Assembly: GCA_016715995.1 (NCBI GenBank) | Contig: JADJXF010000018.1 | Coordinates: forward strand, 89,819 to 153,818 | Direction: 5' to 3' | Length of the DNA: 64,000 nucleotides | Source of the DNA: Flavobacteriales bacterium | GTDB taxonomy: Bacteria > Bacteroidota > Bacteroidia > Flavobacteriales_F > PHOS-HE28 | In this document: positions 49,256 through 59,526 of the stretch, piece by piece | How the letters are laid out: the number at the start of each line of letters is the position of its first letter | Position numbering within the stretch: the stretch's first letter is position 1 | Notes under the pieces: model-generated | Told to the model about the DNA's origin: nothing | Seen by the model: the letters and a program-made list of their open reading frames with translations, nothing else | Database searches by the model: none | Program-made: the position numbers and the translations under genes

Positions 49256-49825
49256 CTACCGACCGTATTCCGCCGGGAACACGAATCGATCCGGCCCGCC
49301 CGAAGGGTCCTTCACCACCTTGGGCTTCGCGAACACCTGGTGCGCCAGATAGAGTGCCAGCGCGCCGATTCCTGCCGTCAATGCATTGGCCAGGATCAAC
49401 CCGGCGTCGCCCTGGCCCTTGGCCATGGCACCCAGCGCGCTGATAAGCCCCGTCGCCCCGAACACATTCCCCCAACCCACCCACTCGAACACCTGCCCTT
49501 GCCAGACGTAGATGCTCCAGCCCACCAGCAATGATGCAATGGGCACCAAGCTGAGGTAGGCTGTCGGCATATCCCACCGAATGGCATTCTGCCATACGGG
49601 GCCAAGGACACGCAATAAGGCCGAGACCGCGATGAGACCGAGCAAAGCCAGGTGCATTCCGCGATAGCGCTCTTTGGACCACAGCGTGGGCATGTAACGC
49701 AGCAGCTCCGCGATCTTCTTCAGCTTGGCCTCGGGGTGCTCGATCACGAGGGTGTCGAACACCGCCTGCTTGGGTATGCCGAAACCTAGGAGTTCCTTCG
49801 CCTTGTTGCGGATGGCTTTGCTCAT
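49256..49825 (-). CDS. hypothetical membrane protein
   Basis: Four predicted TM helices. No family recognised. Confidence 0.5.
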   Translation of the reverse strand: MSKAIRNKAKELLGFGIPKQAVFDTLVIEHPEAKLKKIAELLRYMPTLWSKERYRGMHLALLGLIAVSALLRVLGPVWQNAIRWDMPTAYLSLVPIASLLVGWSIYVWQGQVFEWVGWGNVFGATGLISALGAMAKGQGDAGLILANALTAGIGALALYLAHQVFAKPKVVKDPSGGPDRFVFPAEYGR

Positions 49826-49945
49826 GGAGGGCGAAGGTGCGGAGCACAGGGCAACGCCAATCGCCGCCCGTGGAGGAAAGGCACCAAACATCCCAAGGGC
49901 AGCGAATGGACCTTGTCCGCCGTCTGCCGAATACATTTGTTAGGC

Positions 49946-50815
49946 ATGCGTGCATTCCTCCTTGCTCTTGCGATTACGCCGCACATCGGAACCGCCCAGA
50001 GCTGGTGCCCACCGGGGGCCACATGGGTTCACGATTACGCAGACCACATGTTCAACGGCGGGTTCGGCGTTACACGCGTGGTGTATGAAGGCGATTCCTT
50101 CGTCGGTGGCTTCACCGCGCAGAAACTTCGGGAGACGAACGTGATCGCGCCATGGGGTTCAACGCAATATGCTTCGCAGACGAACAGCATCCCCATTCTC
50201 ACGCGCTACGAGGATGACGTCGTGTACCTGTGGAACTGGAACAACGTCTTCGACACACTGATGTGGTTCAGTGCCACACCGGGCCAGTATTGGCAAGCAC
50301 CCGGGCTAGATGATCCCTTTGCGCGCATCACGGTCCTCGACACATCCACCGTGGTGATCGATGGCGAGCCGTTGCGACAGCTCATTGTGGAGTTCGGTGA
50401 TTGGGAGGGCATCCCAGCTGACACCTTGCGCGAGCGGCTTGGCTATTCATTCAACTACCTCAACGGCTGGTCGTGGTTCCTGACGGACATGCCTTGGGCT
50501 GGGTTGCGGTGCTACCGCGATGAGGAGATCTCATTCAGTGCGGCTGGGGTGACGGATTGCGGCTTCACGCTTTCGATTGGTGATGCCGTGGACAATTCTG
50601 CGCCCGTCTTATTCCCCAACCCCGGCACCACCCACTTCACCGTAACACCGCCACCCGGCCCGCACACCATCTCCCTCGTCGATGCCATAGGCCGCGAGGT
50701 GCTGCATCTGCGCGCGTCAGAGCAAAGACAGGTAATCAGCACCGCCCATCTGGTACCCGGGCTTTACATGGTCCGTGTGGATGACCAAGCTCCGCTTCGC
50801 TGGGTGAAGGAGTAA
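49946..50815 (+). CDS. T9SS C-terminal sorting domain protein
   Basis: Signal peptide MRAFLLALAI. C-terminal PVLFPNPGTTHFTV...GLYMVRVDDQAPLRWVKE. Confidence 0.7.
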   Translation: MRAFLLALAITPHIGTAQSWCPPGATWVHDYADHMFNGGFGVTRVVYEGDSFVGGFTAQKLRETNVIAPWGSTQYASQTNSIPILTRYEDDVVYLWNWNNVFDTLMWFSATPGQYWQAPGLDDPFARITVLDTSTVVIDGEPLRQLIVEFGDWEGIPADTLRERLGYSFNYLNGWSWFLTDMPWAGLRCYRDEEISFSAAGVTDCGFTLSIGDAVDNSAPVLFPNPGTTHFTVTPPPGPHTISLVDAIGREVLHLRASEQRQVISTAHLVPGLYMVRVDDQAPLRWVKE

Positions 50816-50906
50816 CGGTTCAACGGATCGTGGATATCCGGCAGCCCCAATTCCACCGCATACAGGCAATTCCTCTACTTTCACCTGCGTCAAGGGTGCA
50901 GGCCGC

Positions 50907-52751
50907 ATGCGACGAATCACCACCATCATCGCCATTTCCGCTGCTGTGCTGGCGCACGCCCAGTGTCCGAACAACAACGTGCTCTTCAACGTGACCGCTA
51001 CCCCGGCGAGCTGCCCCGGCAGCATCACGGCCAATTGCATCTTCGGCGGCGAGTACGTGCTGGTGAACGTGGTGGCCGGCAACACGTACACCTTCAGCAC
51101 CTGCGGCGGCGCGGCCTGGGACACGCAGATCACGCTATACAACAACGCCGGTGGCGGTTCGCTCGGTTACAACGACGATTTCTGCGGGCTGCAGAGCACC
51201 GTGACCTGGGTGGCCACCTTCACCGGGCAGCTGCGCGTGCTGATTGACCTGTACAACTGCGCATCGAACTTCTCCTGCGCCAACCTCACCGTCACCTGCG
51301 TGCCGCCTTCGGTGCCGAGCGATTGCGTGTACATGCTCACGCTATCCGACAGCTTCAGCGATGGCTGGGGCACTTCGTTCGTTGGCGTCAGCATCAATGG
51401 AGGGCCCGTCCAGAACTACACCGTCCCGTTCGGCGTGCCGTCCACCACCATCCCGATCCCGGTGAACATCGGTGACGTGGTGGTGTTGAGCTACAATGCC
51501 AGCGGCGCGTGGCAGACCGATAATTCCTTCACGCTCATGCTCAGCGGCGGCGTGCTCTACTCCTCCGGATCGCCGCCGACTGCAGGCACAGTGTACGCCG
51601 CTACGGTCACCTGCACCCCGCCGCCCGCTTCGCAGGAGGATTGCATCGGTGCGATGACGATCTGCAGCAACCTGTCGCTGAACAACAACACCAACCATAC
51701 CGGCGGCGTGGTAGACATCCATCCGGGCAACAGCGGCTGTCTCGATACGCAGGAGTACCAAGGCACCTGGTACGTGTTCTCGCCCAGCGCAGGGGGCAAC
51801 CTCGGCTTCACCATCCTGCCGAACGGCCCCGACGATTATGACTGGGCGGTGTGGGGTCCGTATCTCCCCGGAACGACCCCCGGCAGCATCTGCCCGCCTG
51901 CCGGCCCGCCCATCCGCTGCGCGGCCTCCAGCGGCCCGGCCACCTTCAACAACACCGGCAGCTACGGCACCGGCATGGGCCACGCCACCTTCTCTCCGCC
52001 GCAATTCGCCAGCACAGCCGTGAGCTATGGCATACCCGCAACCACCGACATCTGCCCCTTGGTCGCGCCGCAGCGCTGCGGCTGGGTGCCAGGCATGCAG
52101 GTCACCATTGGGCAGGTGTACCTCATGTACATCAGCAATTGGTCGCAGACGAACTCCGGCTTCAGCCTGAACTGGAACCTGCAGAACGGCGCGTCGCTGG
52201 AATGCGTGATCCTGCCCATGGACCTCTTCGCCTTCGATGCCCATGCACGCGATGGCCGGGTCTCGCTCAACTGGTCGGTTGGGCGCGAGAAGGACGAGCG
52301 GCGGTACGAAGTGGAGCGCTCGGCGCATGGCACGGCCTACCAGCTCATCGGCACGGTGGCGGGCAGCGGCTCCTCACCGGGCGCGCACCACTACAGCTTC
52401 GTGGATGAGGCCCCGCCGATGGGCGTGGTGACCTACCGGCTGAAGCTCGTGGACACTGGTGATGCCGGAACGTATTCCGTGGAGCGCGTGGTGCTCATCG
52501 GCCACAACGGGGGCGGCTTGTTGCTGGTACCGAATCCTGGCAAGGACCTCATAGATGTGATGATCCCGGAATCGTTGGAAGAGGGATGGCTAACGCTGAT
52601 GGATGCAACCGGACGGATGGTCCTGCGCGCGCGGACCCAAGGCACATCCACACGGCTGGATGCCTCGCCCTTCCCCAGCGGCCTCTATGCGGTCCTGCTC
52701 ACGGATGAGCATGGCCGTGCTGTGGCGCGCAGCACGTGGATCAAGGAGTGA
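50907..52751 (+). CDS. large T9SS-secreted protein (Cys-rich N-domain, CTD)
   Basis: Signal peptide MRRITTIIAISAAVLAHAQ. CTD LLLVPNPGKDLIDVMIP...GLYAVLLTDEHGRAVARSTWIKE. Confidence 0.75.
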   Translation: MRRITTIIAISAAVLAHAQCPNNNVLFNVTATPASCPGSITANCIFGGEYVLVNVVAGNTYTFSTCGGAAWDTQITLYNNAGGGSLGYNDDFCGLQSTVTWVATFTGQLRVLIDLYNCASNFSCANLTVTCVPPSVPSDCVYMLTLSDSFSDGWGTSFVGVSINGGPVQNYTVPFGVPSTTIPIPVNIGDVVVLSYNASGAWQTDNSFTLMLSGGVLYSSGSPPTAGTVYAATVTCTPPPASQEDCIGAMTICSNLSLNNNTNHTGGVVDIHPGNSGCLDTQEYQGTWYVFSPSAGGNLGFTILPNGPDDYDWAVWGPYLPGTTPGSICPPAGPPIRCAASSGPATFNNTGSYGTGMGHATFSPPQFASTAVSYGIPATTDICPLVAPQRCGWVPGMQVTIGQVYLMYISNWSQTNSGFSLNWNLQNGASLECVILPMDLFAFDAHARDGRVSLNWSVGREKDERRYEVERSAHGTAYQLIGTVAGSGSSPGAHHYSFVDEAPPMGVVTYRLKLVDTGDAGTYSVERVVLIGHNGGGLLLVPNPGKDLIDVMIPESLEEGWLTLMDATGRMVLRARTQGTSTRLDASPFPSGLYAVLLTDEHGRAVARSTWIKE

Positions 52752-52755
52752 TCGC

Positions 52756-53487
52756 CTAGTAAGGGATCAGCCGCCCGCTACCGTTGATGGTGCTGGAGAT
52801 GATGTCAGGCGACCCGCCGTAGTACACATCACCCACGTCATCGATCCGCACGTTCAACGTGCCGTTGGTGAAACAGCGGATATCCGCCACACCGCCGTTG
52901 TTCACGTTCACCGTGGATGCGACGACCCCGCGCGCATCGATGGGCGCCATGATGCCGCTGAAGACCTCCAGCAATCCAGTGCTGCCGTGCAACGTGATGG
53001 ATCCCGCGCCGGTATGCATGGCGATGTCGGACCGCGCGGTGCGCAGCAGCAGTTGCGCACGTCCTTCGGCGCCCCATTGCTCCAGCAGGAAGTAGTCGCA
53101 TCGGATTGAGTCGGTGCATGCGATATCGCCGGTGCCGCGGACAGTCAGGCGGCAGATGTCCTCCACCGGCACATGCACCGTGATGCGCGGCTTGAAGCTG
53201 CGCACCCAGTTGCACGTCATCGCGCTCCGGATGCGCAAGGTGCCGTCCTTCACCTCCGTGGTCACTTGATCGAGCAGGTTGCGGCCGGCTTCCACCGCGA
53301 TGGTGCCGGGAGCGCGGTCCTCCAGCACCAGGTCAATGCGATCACTCAGGTCGATGGCGGTGAACGCTCCAACAGCGCGCTCGTCCACGCTCACCGGACC
53401 GGTGCTGGTGATGCAATCGTCCCATTGCTCGCGCTGGCACCCGGCAAGCGCGATGAGCAGCAGCGGAAGCAGGCGTCTCAGTTCCAT
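52756..53487 (-). CDS. DUF2807/GIN-domain (putative adhesin head) lipoprotein
   Basis: Lipobox LLIALAGC. Repeated beta-helix-like GSG/TG strands (GAGSITLHGSTGLLEV, GSGRLIPY). Confidence 0.55.
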   Translation of the reverse strand: MELRRLLPLLLIALAGCQREQWDDCITSTGPVSVDERAVGAFTAIDLSDRIDLVLEDRAPGTIAVEAGRNLLDQVTTEVKDGTLRIRSAMTCNWVRSFKPRITVHVPVEDICRLTVRGTGDIACTDSIRCDYFLLEQWGAEGRAQLLLRTARSDIAMHTGAGSITLHGSTGLLEVFSGIMAPIDARGVVASTVNVNNGGVADIRCFTNGTLNVRIDDVGDVYYGGSPDIISSTINGSGRLIPY

Positions 53488-54551
53488 CGGTATCCGATGC
53501 CGAACTCCCAGTGGTCGGCGGTGGCGAAGTGTGTCTTGAGGCTGCCGCTGGCGATCAGGTGCCGCCCGATGCGGTAGCGCCCGCCGATGCGCTGGTACAC
53601 CGGCGCGTCGTCGTCGATCGGACTGAGCGCATAGGCGCCGAAGTGGAAGAGCAGTTCGCTTCGGCCCAGGAGCAGGGCAGCGCCGCCATGAACACCCAAT
53701 TGCGTGAGGGCGAGCCGGTCGCCTTCCTTCAGATCCTCATCAGCGGTGCGCAGATCGCCCTTGTTGAACACGTCGATGCCTGCGCTCCAAGCTCCCTTCC
53801 GTCCCAGCCGCCACGAGGCATCGCCACAAAGTGTCCACACACTGTGCTGGCCGTTGAGCGGACGGCCATTCTCGCTCAGGCCCACCGCGCCGATGATGCT
53901 GAACTCGCGATGCGGCCGTTCAAACGCAGCGGTGTCCACGGTCGCCATCGGCACATGTGCGCGCAGCGCGTATGCAATGCCCACGGAGGCGGAGAGGAAG
54001 TTGAGTCCGAGGTTCGGCTGCTTCAGGCTGCCATTGCTCCAGTGATCAACAGCGATGCCGACCGTTCCCACGAGCCGGCCGGCCTCATAGCGCAGCTCGG
54101 GCATGAGCTGGATGGCGGCGTTGATGCGCGAGCCGATGGCGATCTGCCGGGTGTTCACGCGCCGGTCGAAAGGCTTGGCAATGAAGCCCACCCCCCAGCC
54201 CACCCGCAATCCGAACGAGAAGCGCTCGCCGTGCGTGAGGGGCATGGTGAGGTACGGGATCAATCCGATGGCATCGCCGATGTGCCGCGGGTTGGCCATG
54301 CGGGTATGCACCGCGAGCAATCCGTAGCGCGGCATGCCATAGGCGCGGTGCCATGGCCGGTCGCCGCTCACCTGCCGCTCGATGAAGAGCTCGCTGGCCC
54401 CGGCATGGCCCTCCACCAGGATCCAACTAACCGGCCGGTGCGCCCAGAGGAAGCCGAAGTGGCCGCGCGCGCCGATGGACCAGGGTTGCTGGGCAAAAGC
54501 CCCGCAGGCCAACAATCCCGTTGCGAGAACCAGCACGCGCATCGTCAGCAA
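53478..54551 (-). CDS. outer-membrane beta-barrel protein, acyloxyacyl-hydrolase (PagL)-like
   Basis: Signal peptide. Alternating beta-strand pattern. C-terminal ...HFATADHWEFGIGYRWN with His and aromatic terminal residues as in PagL-family barrels. Confidence 0.45.
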   Translation of the reverse strand: MLTMRVLVLATGLLACGAFAQQPWSIGARGHFGFLWAHRPVSWILVEGHAGASELFIERQVSGDRPWHRAYGMPRYGLLAVHTRMANPRHIGDAIGLIPYLTMPLTHGERFSFGLRVGWGVGFIAKPFDRRVNTRQIAIGSRINAAIQLMPELRYEAGRLVGTVGIAVDHWSNGSLKQPNLGLNFLSASVGIAYALRAHVPMATVDTAAFERPHREFSIIGAVGLSENGRPLNGQHSVWTLCGDASWRLGRKGAWSAGIDVFNKGDLRTADEDLKEGDRLALTQLGVHGGAALLLGRSELLFHFGAYALSPIDDDAPVYQRIGGRYRIGRHLIASGSLKTHFATADHWEFGIGYRWN

Positions 54552-54560
54552 AGGAAGGGG

Positions 54561-55485
54561 CTAGCTGAGCACAGGCTCGTTGCGCGGGTAGCGCACGTTG
54601 CCGTACTGCTTCATGTACATGTCGTAGATGATGCCATCGGCGAGACCCACCTTGGGCACGAAGACCTCGTCGATGTCGGCGAACTCCATGATGCGGAGGA
54701 AGATGTCGGCGGCGGGTATGATCACATCGGCGCGGTCGGGGCGCAAGCGCAGTTGGCGCACGCGGTCCTCGAAGGAGAATGAGGCGATGCGGTCGCGCTG
54801 CTGCTGGATGTCGCCGCGCGCAAGCGGCTCGCCGAAGAGGTTGCCGTTCTCCTTGAAGATGCGGTTGATGTTGCCGCCGGTGCCGATGGCCAGGAGCTGG
54901 CCGTGCTGCGCGCGCAGCTCGTCGAGGAACTCCTGAATGGCCACCCAGTTATCGGGGTCCACCTTGCCCTTCAGCATACGCACGGTGCCGATCTTGAAGC
55001 TGGCGCTCTTCACGCGGCGCCCATTCTCCAGCCAGGTGAGCTCGGTGCTGCCGCCGCCCACGTCGATGTACAGGTAGCTGCGGTCCTTCAGCAGGTCCTG
55101 GGTCCAGAAGGTATTGGTGAGCAGGTCCGCCTCCTTCTTGCCGCTGATGGTCTCGATGTGGACGCCGCTCTCCATCTCCACCCGCGTGCGCACCTCGTCG
55201 GTGTTGGTGGCCTCGCGCATGGCGCTGGTGGCGCAGCAGCGCATGTACTTCACGCCGTATACCTCGGCGAGGAGCCGGAAGGCCTTGAGGCTCTTGCTGA
55301 GGTAATCGCGCTTGGCTGCTGATGGCGCCGCCGTCGAACACGTCCTCGCCCAAGCGGATGGGCACGCGCACGAGCGTCTGCTTCTTGATGATCGGATGGT
55401 CGTCGCGCTCGATCACCTCACCGACCAGCAGGCGCACGGCATTGGAGCCGATGTCGATGGCGGCGTAAGTGAGGTCGCTGTCCAC
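54561..55485 (-). CDS. ppx: Ppx/GppA-family exopolyphosphatase (one frameshift near 55290)
   Basis: N-terminus [17 protein letters not shown] (ORF 54949-55485). Remainder ...[13 protein letters not shown]...[12 protein letters not shown]...LAIGTGGN... in ORF 54561-55253. Confidence 0.8.
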
Positions 55486-55542
55486 GGGGCGAATCTATTG
55501 CAGGAGCCGGTCCTTTCGCTTCCTTCGCCGTACCCAACGACC

Positions 55543-57069
55543 ATGAGCACCACTTCCGCCAAACGCAGCGGCGTCGACCGCTTCCTCGCAATCATCGAGC
55601 GCGCGGGCAACGCGCTCCCTCACCCGGCCACGCTCTTCGCGATCCTCGCCCTCGTGGTGGTGGTGATCAGCTGGATCGCCGACCTCAGCGGGATGAGCGC
55701 CATCCACCCGGCCACGGGCGCGTCGGTGACGCCGAAGAACCTGCTGAGCGCCGAGGGCCTGCACTTCATCCTCACCAAGATGGTGGTGAACTTCACGGGC
55801 TTCGCACCGCTGGGCACCGTGCTTGTCGCGCTGCTTGGCATCGGCATCGCCGAGGGCAGTGGATTGATAGGTGCCGTCCTGCGAGCGGTGGTGCTGGCAT
55901 CGCCGAAGAAGCTGCTCACGTTCGTGATCGTATTCGCGGGCGTGATGAGCAATGCGGCGAGCGAGGTGGGCTACGTGCTGCTGGTGCCGCTGGCGGCGGT
56001 GATCTTCCTCGCGGCCGGACGGCATCCGCTCGCGGGCCTCGCGGCCGCGTTCGCTGGCGTGAGCGGCGGATACAGCGCCAACCTGCTGCTGGGAACGATC
56101 GACCCGTTGCTGGCCGGCCTGAGCCAAGAGGCCGCGCGCATCATCAAGCCGGACTATCTGGTGAACCCCGCGTGCAACTATTACTTCATGGCAGTGAGCA
56201 CCTTCCTGATCGCGGGCCTGGGCACATGGGTCACCGAGCGGGTGGTGGTGCCGCGCTTGGGCGCCTACAACGGCGAAGAGAAACCGGAGGAGGTTCGCAG
56301 CGCCACGCCCGAGGAGCGCAAGGGCATGCGCTACGCCCTCATCACCGTGCTCGCCGTGGTGGGCATCATCCTCTGGGGGCTGGTGCCGGAGCAGGGTTTC
56401 CTGCGCGATCCGAAGACCTTCGAGATCCTGCACTCGCCCTTCATGAGCGGCATCGTGGCGCTGATCTTCCTGAGCGCATCGCTGGCCGGCATCGCGTACG
56501 GCATCGGCGCGGGCACGTTCAAGAGCGACAACGACGTGATGAAGGGCATGGCCAAGAGCATGGAGACGCTCGGCAGCTACATCGTGCTGGTGTTCTTCGC
56601 GGCGCAGTTCGTGGCGTATTTCAACGAGACCAACTTGGGCCTCATCCTCGCCATCAAGGGCGCGGCCATGCTCAAGGCCGCCAACCTGGGCCCCATCCCG
56701 CTCATGCTCTGCTTCGTGCTCATCAGCGCCACCATCAACCTGATCATGGGGAGCGCCAGCGCGAAGTGGGCTATTATGGCGCCGGTCTTCATCCCCATGT
56801 TCATGCTGCTGGGCTACTCGCCGGAATTCACGCAGATGGCCTACCGCGTGGGCGACAGCGTCACCAACATCATCAGTCCGATGATGAGCTACTTCGCATT
56901 GATCGTGGCGTTCATCGCGCGGTACGACAAGAAGGCGGGCATCGGCACGGTGATCAGCACCATGCTCCCCTACTCCATCGCGTTCCTGATCGGCTGGAGC
57001 GTGCTCCTGGTGATCTGGGTGCTGCTGGAACTGCCGCTCGGGCCGGGGGCGAGCATGTTCATCAAGTAG
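55543..57069 (+). CDS. abgT: AbgT-family (p-aminobenzoyl-glutamate) transporter
   Basis: ~508 aa polytopic membrane protein with AbgT-like N-terminus [35 protein letters not shown]. Confidence 0.8.
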   Translation: MSTTSAKRSGVDRFLAIIERAGNALPHPATLFAILALVVVVISWIADLSGMSAIHPATGASVTPKNLLSAEGLHFILTKMVVNFTGFAPLGTVLVALLGIGIAEGSGLIGAVLRAVVLASPKKLLTFVIVFAGVMSNAASEVGYVLLVPLAAVIFLAAGRHPLAGLAAAFAGVSGGYSANLLLGTIDPLLAGLSQEAARIIKPDYLVNPACNYYFMAVSTFLIAGLGTWVTERVVVPRLGAYNGEEKPEEVRSATPEERKGMRYALITVLAVVGIILWGLVPEQGFLRDPKTFEILHSPFMSGIVALIFLSASLAGIAYGIGAGTFKSDNDVMKGMAKSMETLGSYIVLVFFAAQFVAYFNETNLGLILAIKGAAMLKAANLGPIPLMLCFVLISATINLIMGSASAKWAIMAPVFIPMFMLLGYSPEFTQMAYRVGDSVTNIISPMMSYFALIVAFIARYDKKAGIGTVISTMLPYSIAFLIGWSVLLVIWVLLELPLGPGASMFIK

Positions 57070-57302
57070 CGTGCGACCGGCATAGCGCCGACAAAGCCAG
57101 CGGTGCCCGCAATGGGATTGTGCAATGGCCCTTGTAGCGCAATGCCCATCCGCAGCTTGGCCACTGGGCGCGGATTCCCTTCGGCGCGGCACCGCTGACA
57201 TGCCCGTCTCATGAATAGTCCCGACCTTCAGGCATCCAAATCCGGAAGGGGCGTCTGCCGAGTGGCAGGGTGCCCGCCCTGTCACCACCGGACCAGGACC
57301 AT

Positions 57303-59522
57303 ATGACGCGAACCCTACGCGCGCTTTTTGTCTTTCAAGCTTTTGTGATCACCGCAGCTGCGCAGGCGCTTACGGTCACCTTCAGCACGCATCATGAGTA
57401 CTGCGGCAACTCGAACGGCTATGTTCTCGCCCAGCCAAGTGGTGGTGTTCCTCCCTACACGTACCTCTGGGACAATCTGATCACGGAGCAATACTTGAAC
57501 AATGTATCAGCGGGTACATACAGTGTTACAGTAACGGACTTCGTGGGAACCCAGGTGACAGAGCCGGTGACCGTGCTGGCCTATTCGTCGTTCCCATATA
57601 CCGATCTGGGGGGAGCGCGCGCCTATTGCTATGCACTGAACAACGAGTACTGCCATTCGGTGTTCAGTACCACAGCGTTGACCGAGATCAACCTGTCGGT
57701 GAATTTCGCGCTACCGATCCAGACCATCGGGTACTGGAGCGAGGTGATCGGTGGTCCGCCGAACGGTGAGATCCTGTTGAATCATGATGGCGTCCCTGGA
57801 GGCACGCTCGAGGTGGATTACCAGGATGCCACTGGATGTCCCGGGACCGCGTTGCTCCATGTGGGCTACCCGGTGCAATGGCCGGTGATGTCTGTTTTGG
57901 ATGTGCAAGGTGCGTGCGCCTCATCGGCGACAGGAAGCATACAGGTGGCATTCACTGCGGAGGGCAACGACCAGGTGGTGGATCTCCGCTTGAAACGCAA
58001 TGGAACGACGTTGAACTACGATTATCTCGGTTACACACCCTTGGTGAAGTCGTTCACGGGACTTCTTCCCGGTGACTATTGGGTGGTGCTGAAGATCTTT
58101 GGGCTTGGAAGCGGTTCACTCAGTCAGGCGATGGACGCGTGCGGCGATTCCATGATGGTGACGGTGCCCGACCTCGGCGCAGCCTGCGGCAATGTGAATG
58201 GCACCATATACATGGATTACAACGAGGATTGTGTGATGGGAGGTACGGGGAGTGAGACACGCATTCCCGGTGCGCTGCTGGAATTCAGTCCTGGCCCTTA
58301 CTACACCACGGCTAATAGTGGTGGAGGATACAGCATCAACCTGCCTAGCGGCACTTATGCCATGCAGCAGATCGCGGCCGACATCGCGCAGCATTGTCCC
58401 GCCCCACCGGCACCGGTGAACGTCAGCGGTGTGCAAACCATCAACGTGGCTGATACCGCGTTGGTGCCGCTGGATGCGCAGGTGATGATCGCCAGTGGCG
58501 CTGCTCGACCCGGCTTCGTGTTGCAATACTCCATCCAACAGAGCAACCTCACGCCGGCCACCACAGGTGCCACGAGCACGGTGTTCACATTCGATCCTGC
58601 CTTCACCTACATCTCGGCCAACCCGGCGCCATCCCTCGTTAGTGGTACTACGGTCACCTGGAACCAAGGAGCCTTGGGTGCCTTCGGGCAACGTTCCATC
58701 CACGTGCAATTGCAGGTCCCGCCCGATTTGGGCTTGATCGGCAACGTGATCGGTGCATCCGTTTCGCTCAGCACCGCGAACACGGATGCGGTGGTTGCGA
58801 ACAACAGTGCAAGCACGAGCGTGACCGTTACCGCCAGCTTCGATCCGAACGATAAGACGGCACTGACCAGCTCGCAGTGGAGCAACGACCTCTACTACAT
58901 TGATGTGGACAACTGGATCGACTACACGATCCGATTCCAGAACACAGGTACTGATACGGCCTTCAACGTGATCATCACCGACACGTTGCCGACCACGCTC
59001 GATCCGGCGACGATCCAATGGGGCGCGGCTTCGCACAGTTGCATGCGCAGTTTGATCGGGCAGGGCATCGTGAAGTTCATTTTCCCCAATATCCTGTTGC
59101 CGGATAGCAATGTGAACGAACCGGCCTCGCATGGCTTCGTTGCGTTCCGCATCCAGCCGAAGCTGCCGTTGATTCCTGCAACGGAGATCGAGAACACCGC
59201 CAACATCTTCTTCGATTACAACCCGCCGGTGATCACCGAGCCGAGCGTGCTGGTGGCAGAATTCAGCACGGGCATCGCCGAAACTGCAGTCAGGGATCTT
59301 ACGCTCTCACCCGTTCCGGCAAGTGATGTGCTTCGCGTGAATTCGGTGGTAGGCTTATCATCACTGCGGGTCATCTCGGCGGATGGAAGGGAGGTGCTCG
59401 CGCAATCGGCGCGCGGGACCAGTGCTGATGTCGATGCCTCCAGCTTGAAATCGGGTGCCTACGTGTTGATCGCCGAATTGCAGAACGGAACAGCTGCGCG
59501 CGAGCGTTTCGTCAAACATTGA
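57303..59522 (+). CDS. SprB-repeat / DUF11 conserved-repeat / T9SS-CTD surface protein (paralog 1)
   Basis: SprB repeat (CGNSNGYVLAQPSGGVPPYTYLWDN...AGTYSVTVTD), DUF11 block (DPNDK...IDYTIRFQNTGTDTAFNVIITDTLP), FDYNPPVITEPSVLVAEF, CTD. Confidence 0.75.
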   Translation: MTRTLRALFVFQAFVITAAAQALTVTFSTHHEYCGNSNGYVLAQPSGGVPPYTYLWDNLITEQYLNNVSAGTYSVTVTDFVGTQVTEPVTVLAYSSFPYTDLGGARAYCYALNNEYCHSVFSTTALTEINLSVNFALPIQTIGYWSEVIGGPPNGEILLNHDGVPGGTLEVDYQDATGCPGTALLHVGYPVQWPVMSVLDVQGACASSATGSIQVAFTAEGNDQVVDLRLKRNGTTLNYDYLGYTPLVKSFTGLLPGDYWVVLKIFGLGSGSLSQAMDACGDSMMVTVPDLGAACGNVNGTIYMDYNEDCVMGGTGSETRIPGALLEFSPGPYYTTANSGGGYSINLPSGTYAMQQIAADIAQHCPAPPAPVNVSGVQTINVADTALVPLDAQVMIASGAARPGFVLQYSIQQSNLTPATTGATSTVFTFDPAFTYISANPAPSLVSGTTVTWNQGALGAFGQRSIHVQLQVPPDLGLIGNVIGASVSLSTANTDAVVANNSASTSVTVTASFDPNDKTALTSSQWSNDLYYIDVDNWIDYTIRFQNTGTDTAFNVIITDTLPTTLDPATIQWGAASHSCMRSLIGQGIVKFIFPNILLPDSNVNEPASHGFVAFRIQPKLPLIPATEIENTANIFFDYNPPVITEPSVLVAEFSTGIAETAVRDLTLSPVPASDVLRVNSVVGLSSLRVISADGREVLAQSARGTSADVDASSLKSGAYVLIAELQNGTAARERFVKH

Positions 59523-59526
59523 TTCC

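Noticed and set aside
54561-55485. Two separate minus-strand genes (54949-55485 and 54561-55253)
   Set aside because: They are the N- and C-terminal parts of one Ppx/GppA phosphatase separated by a single indel. The tail of the first ORF after ...FDGGAISSQ is Arg/His/Gly garbage.
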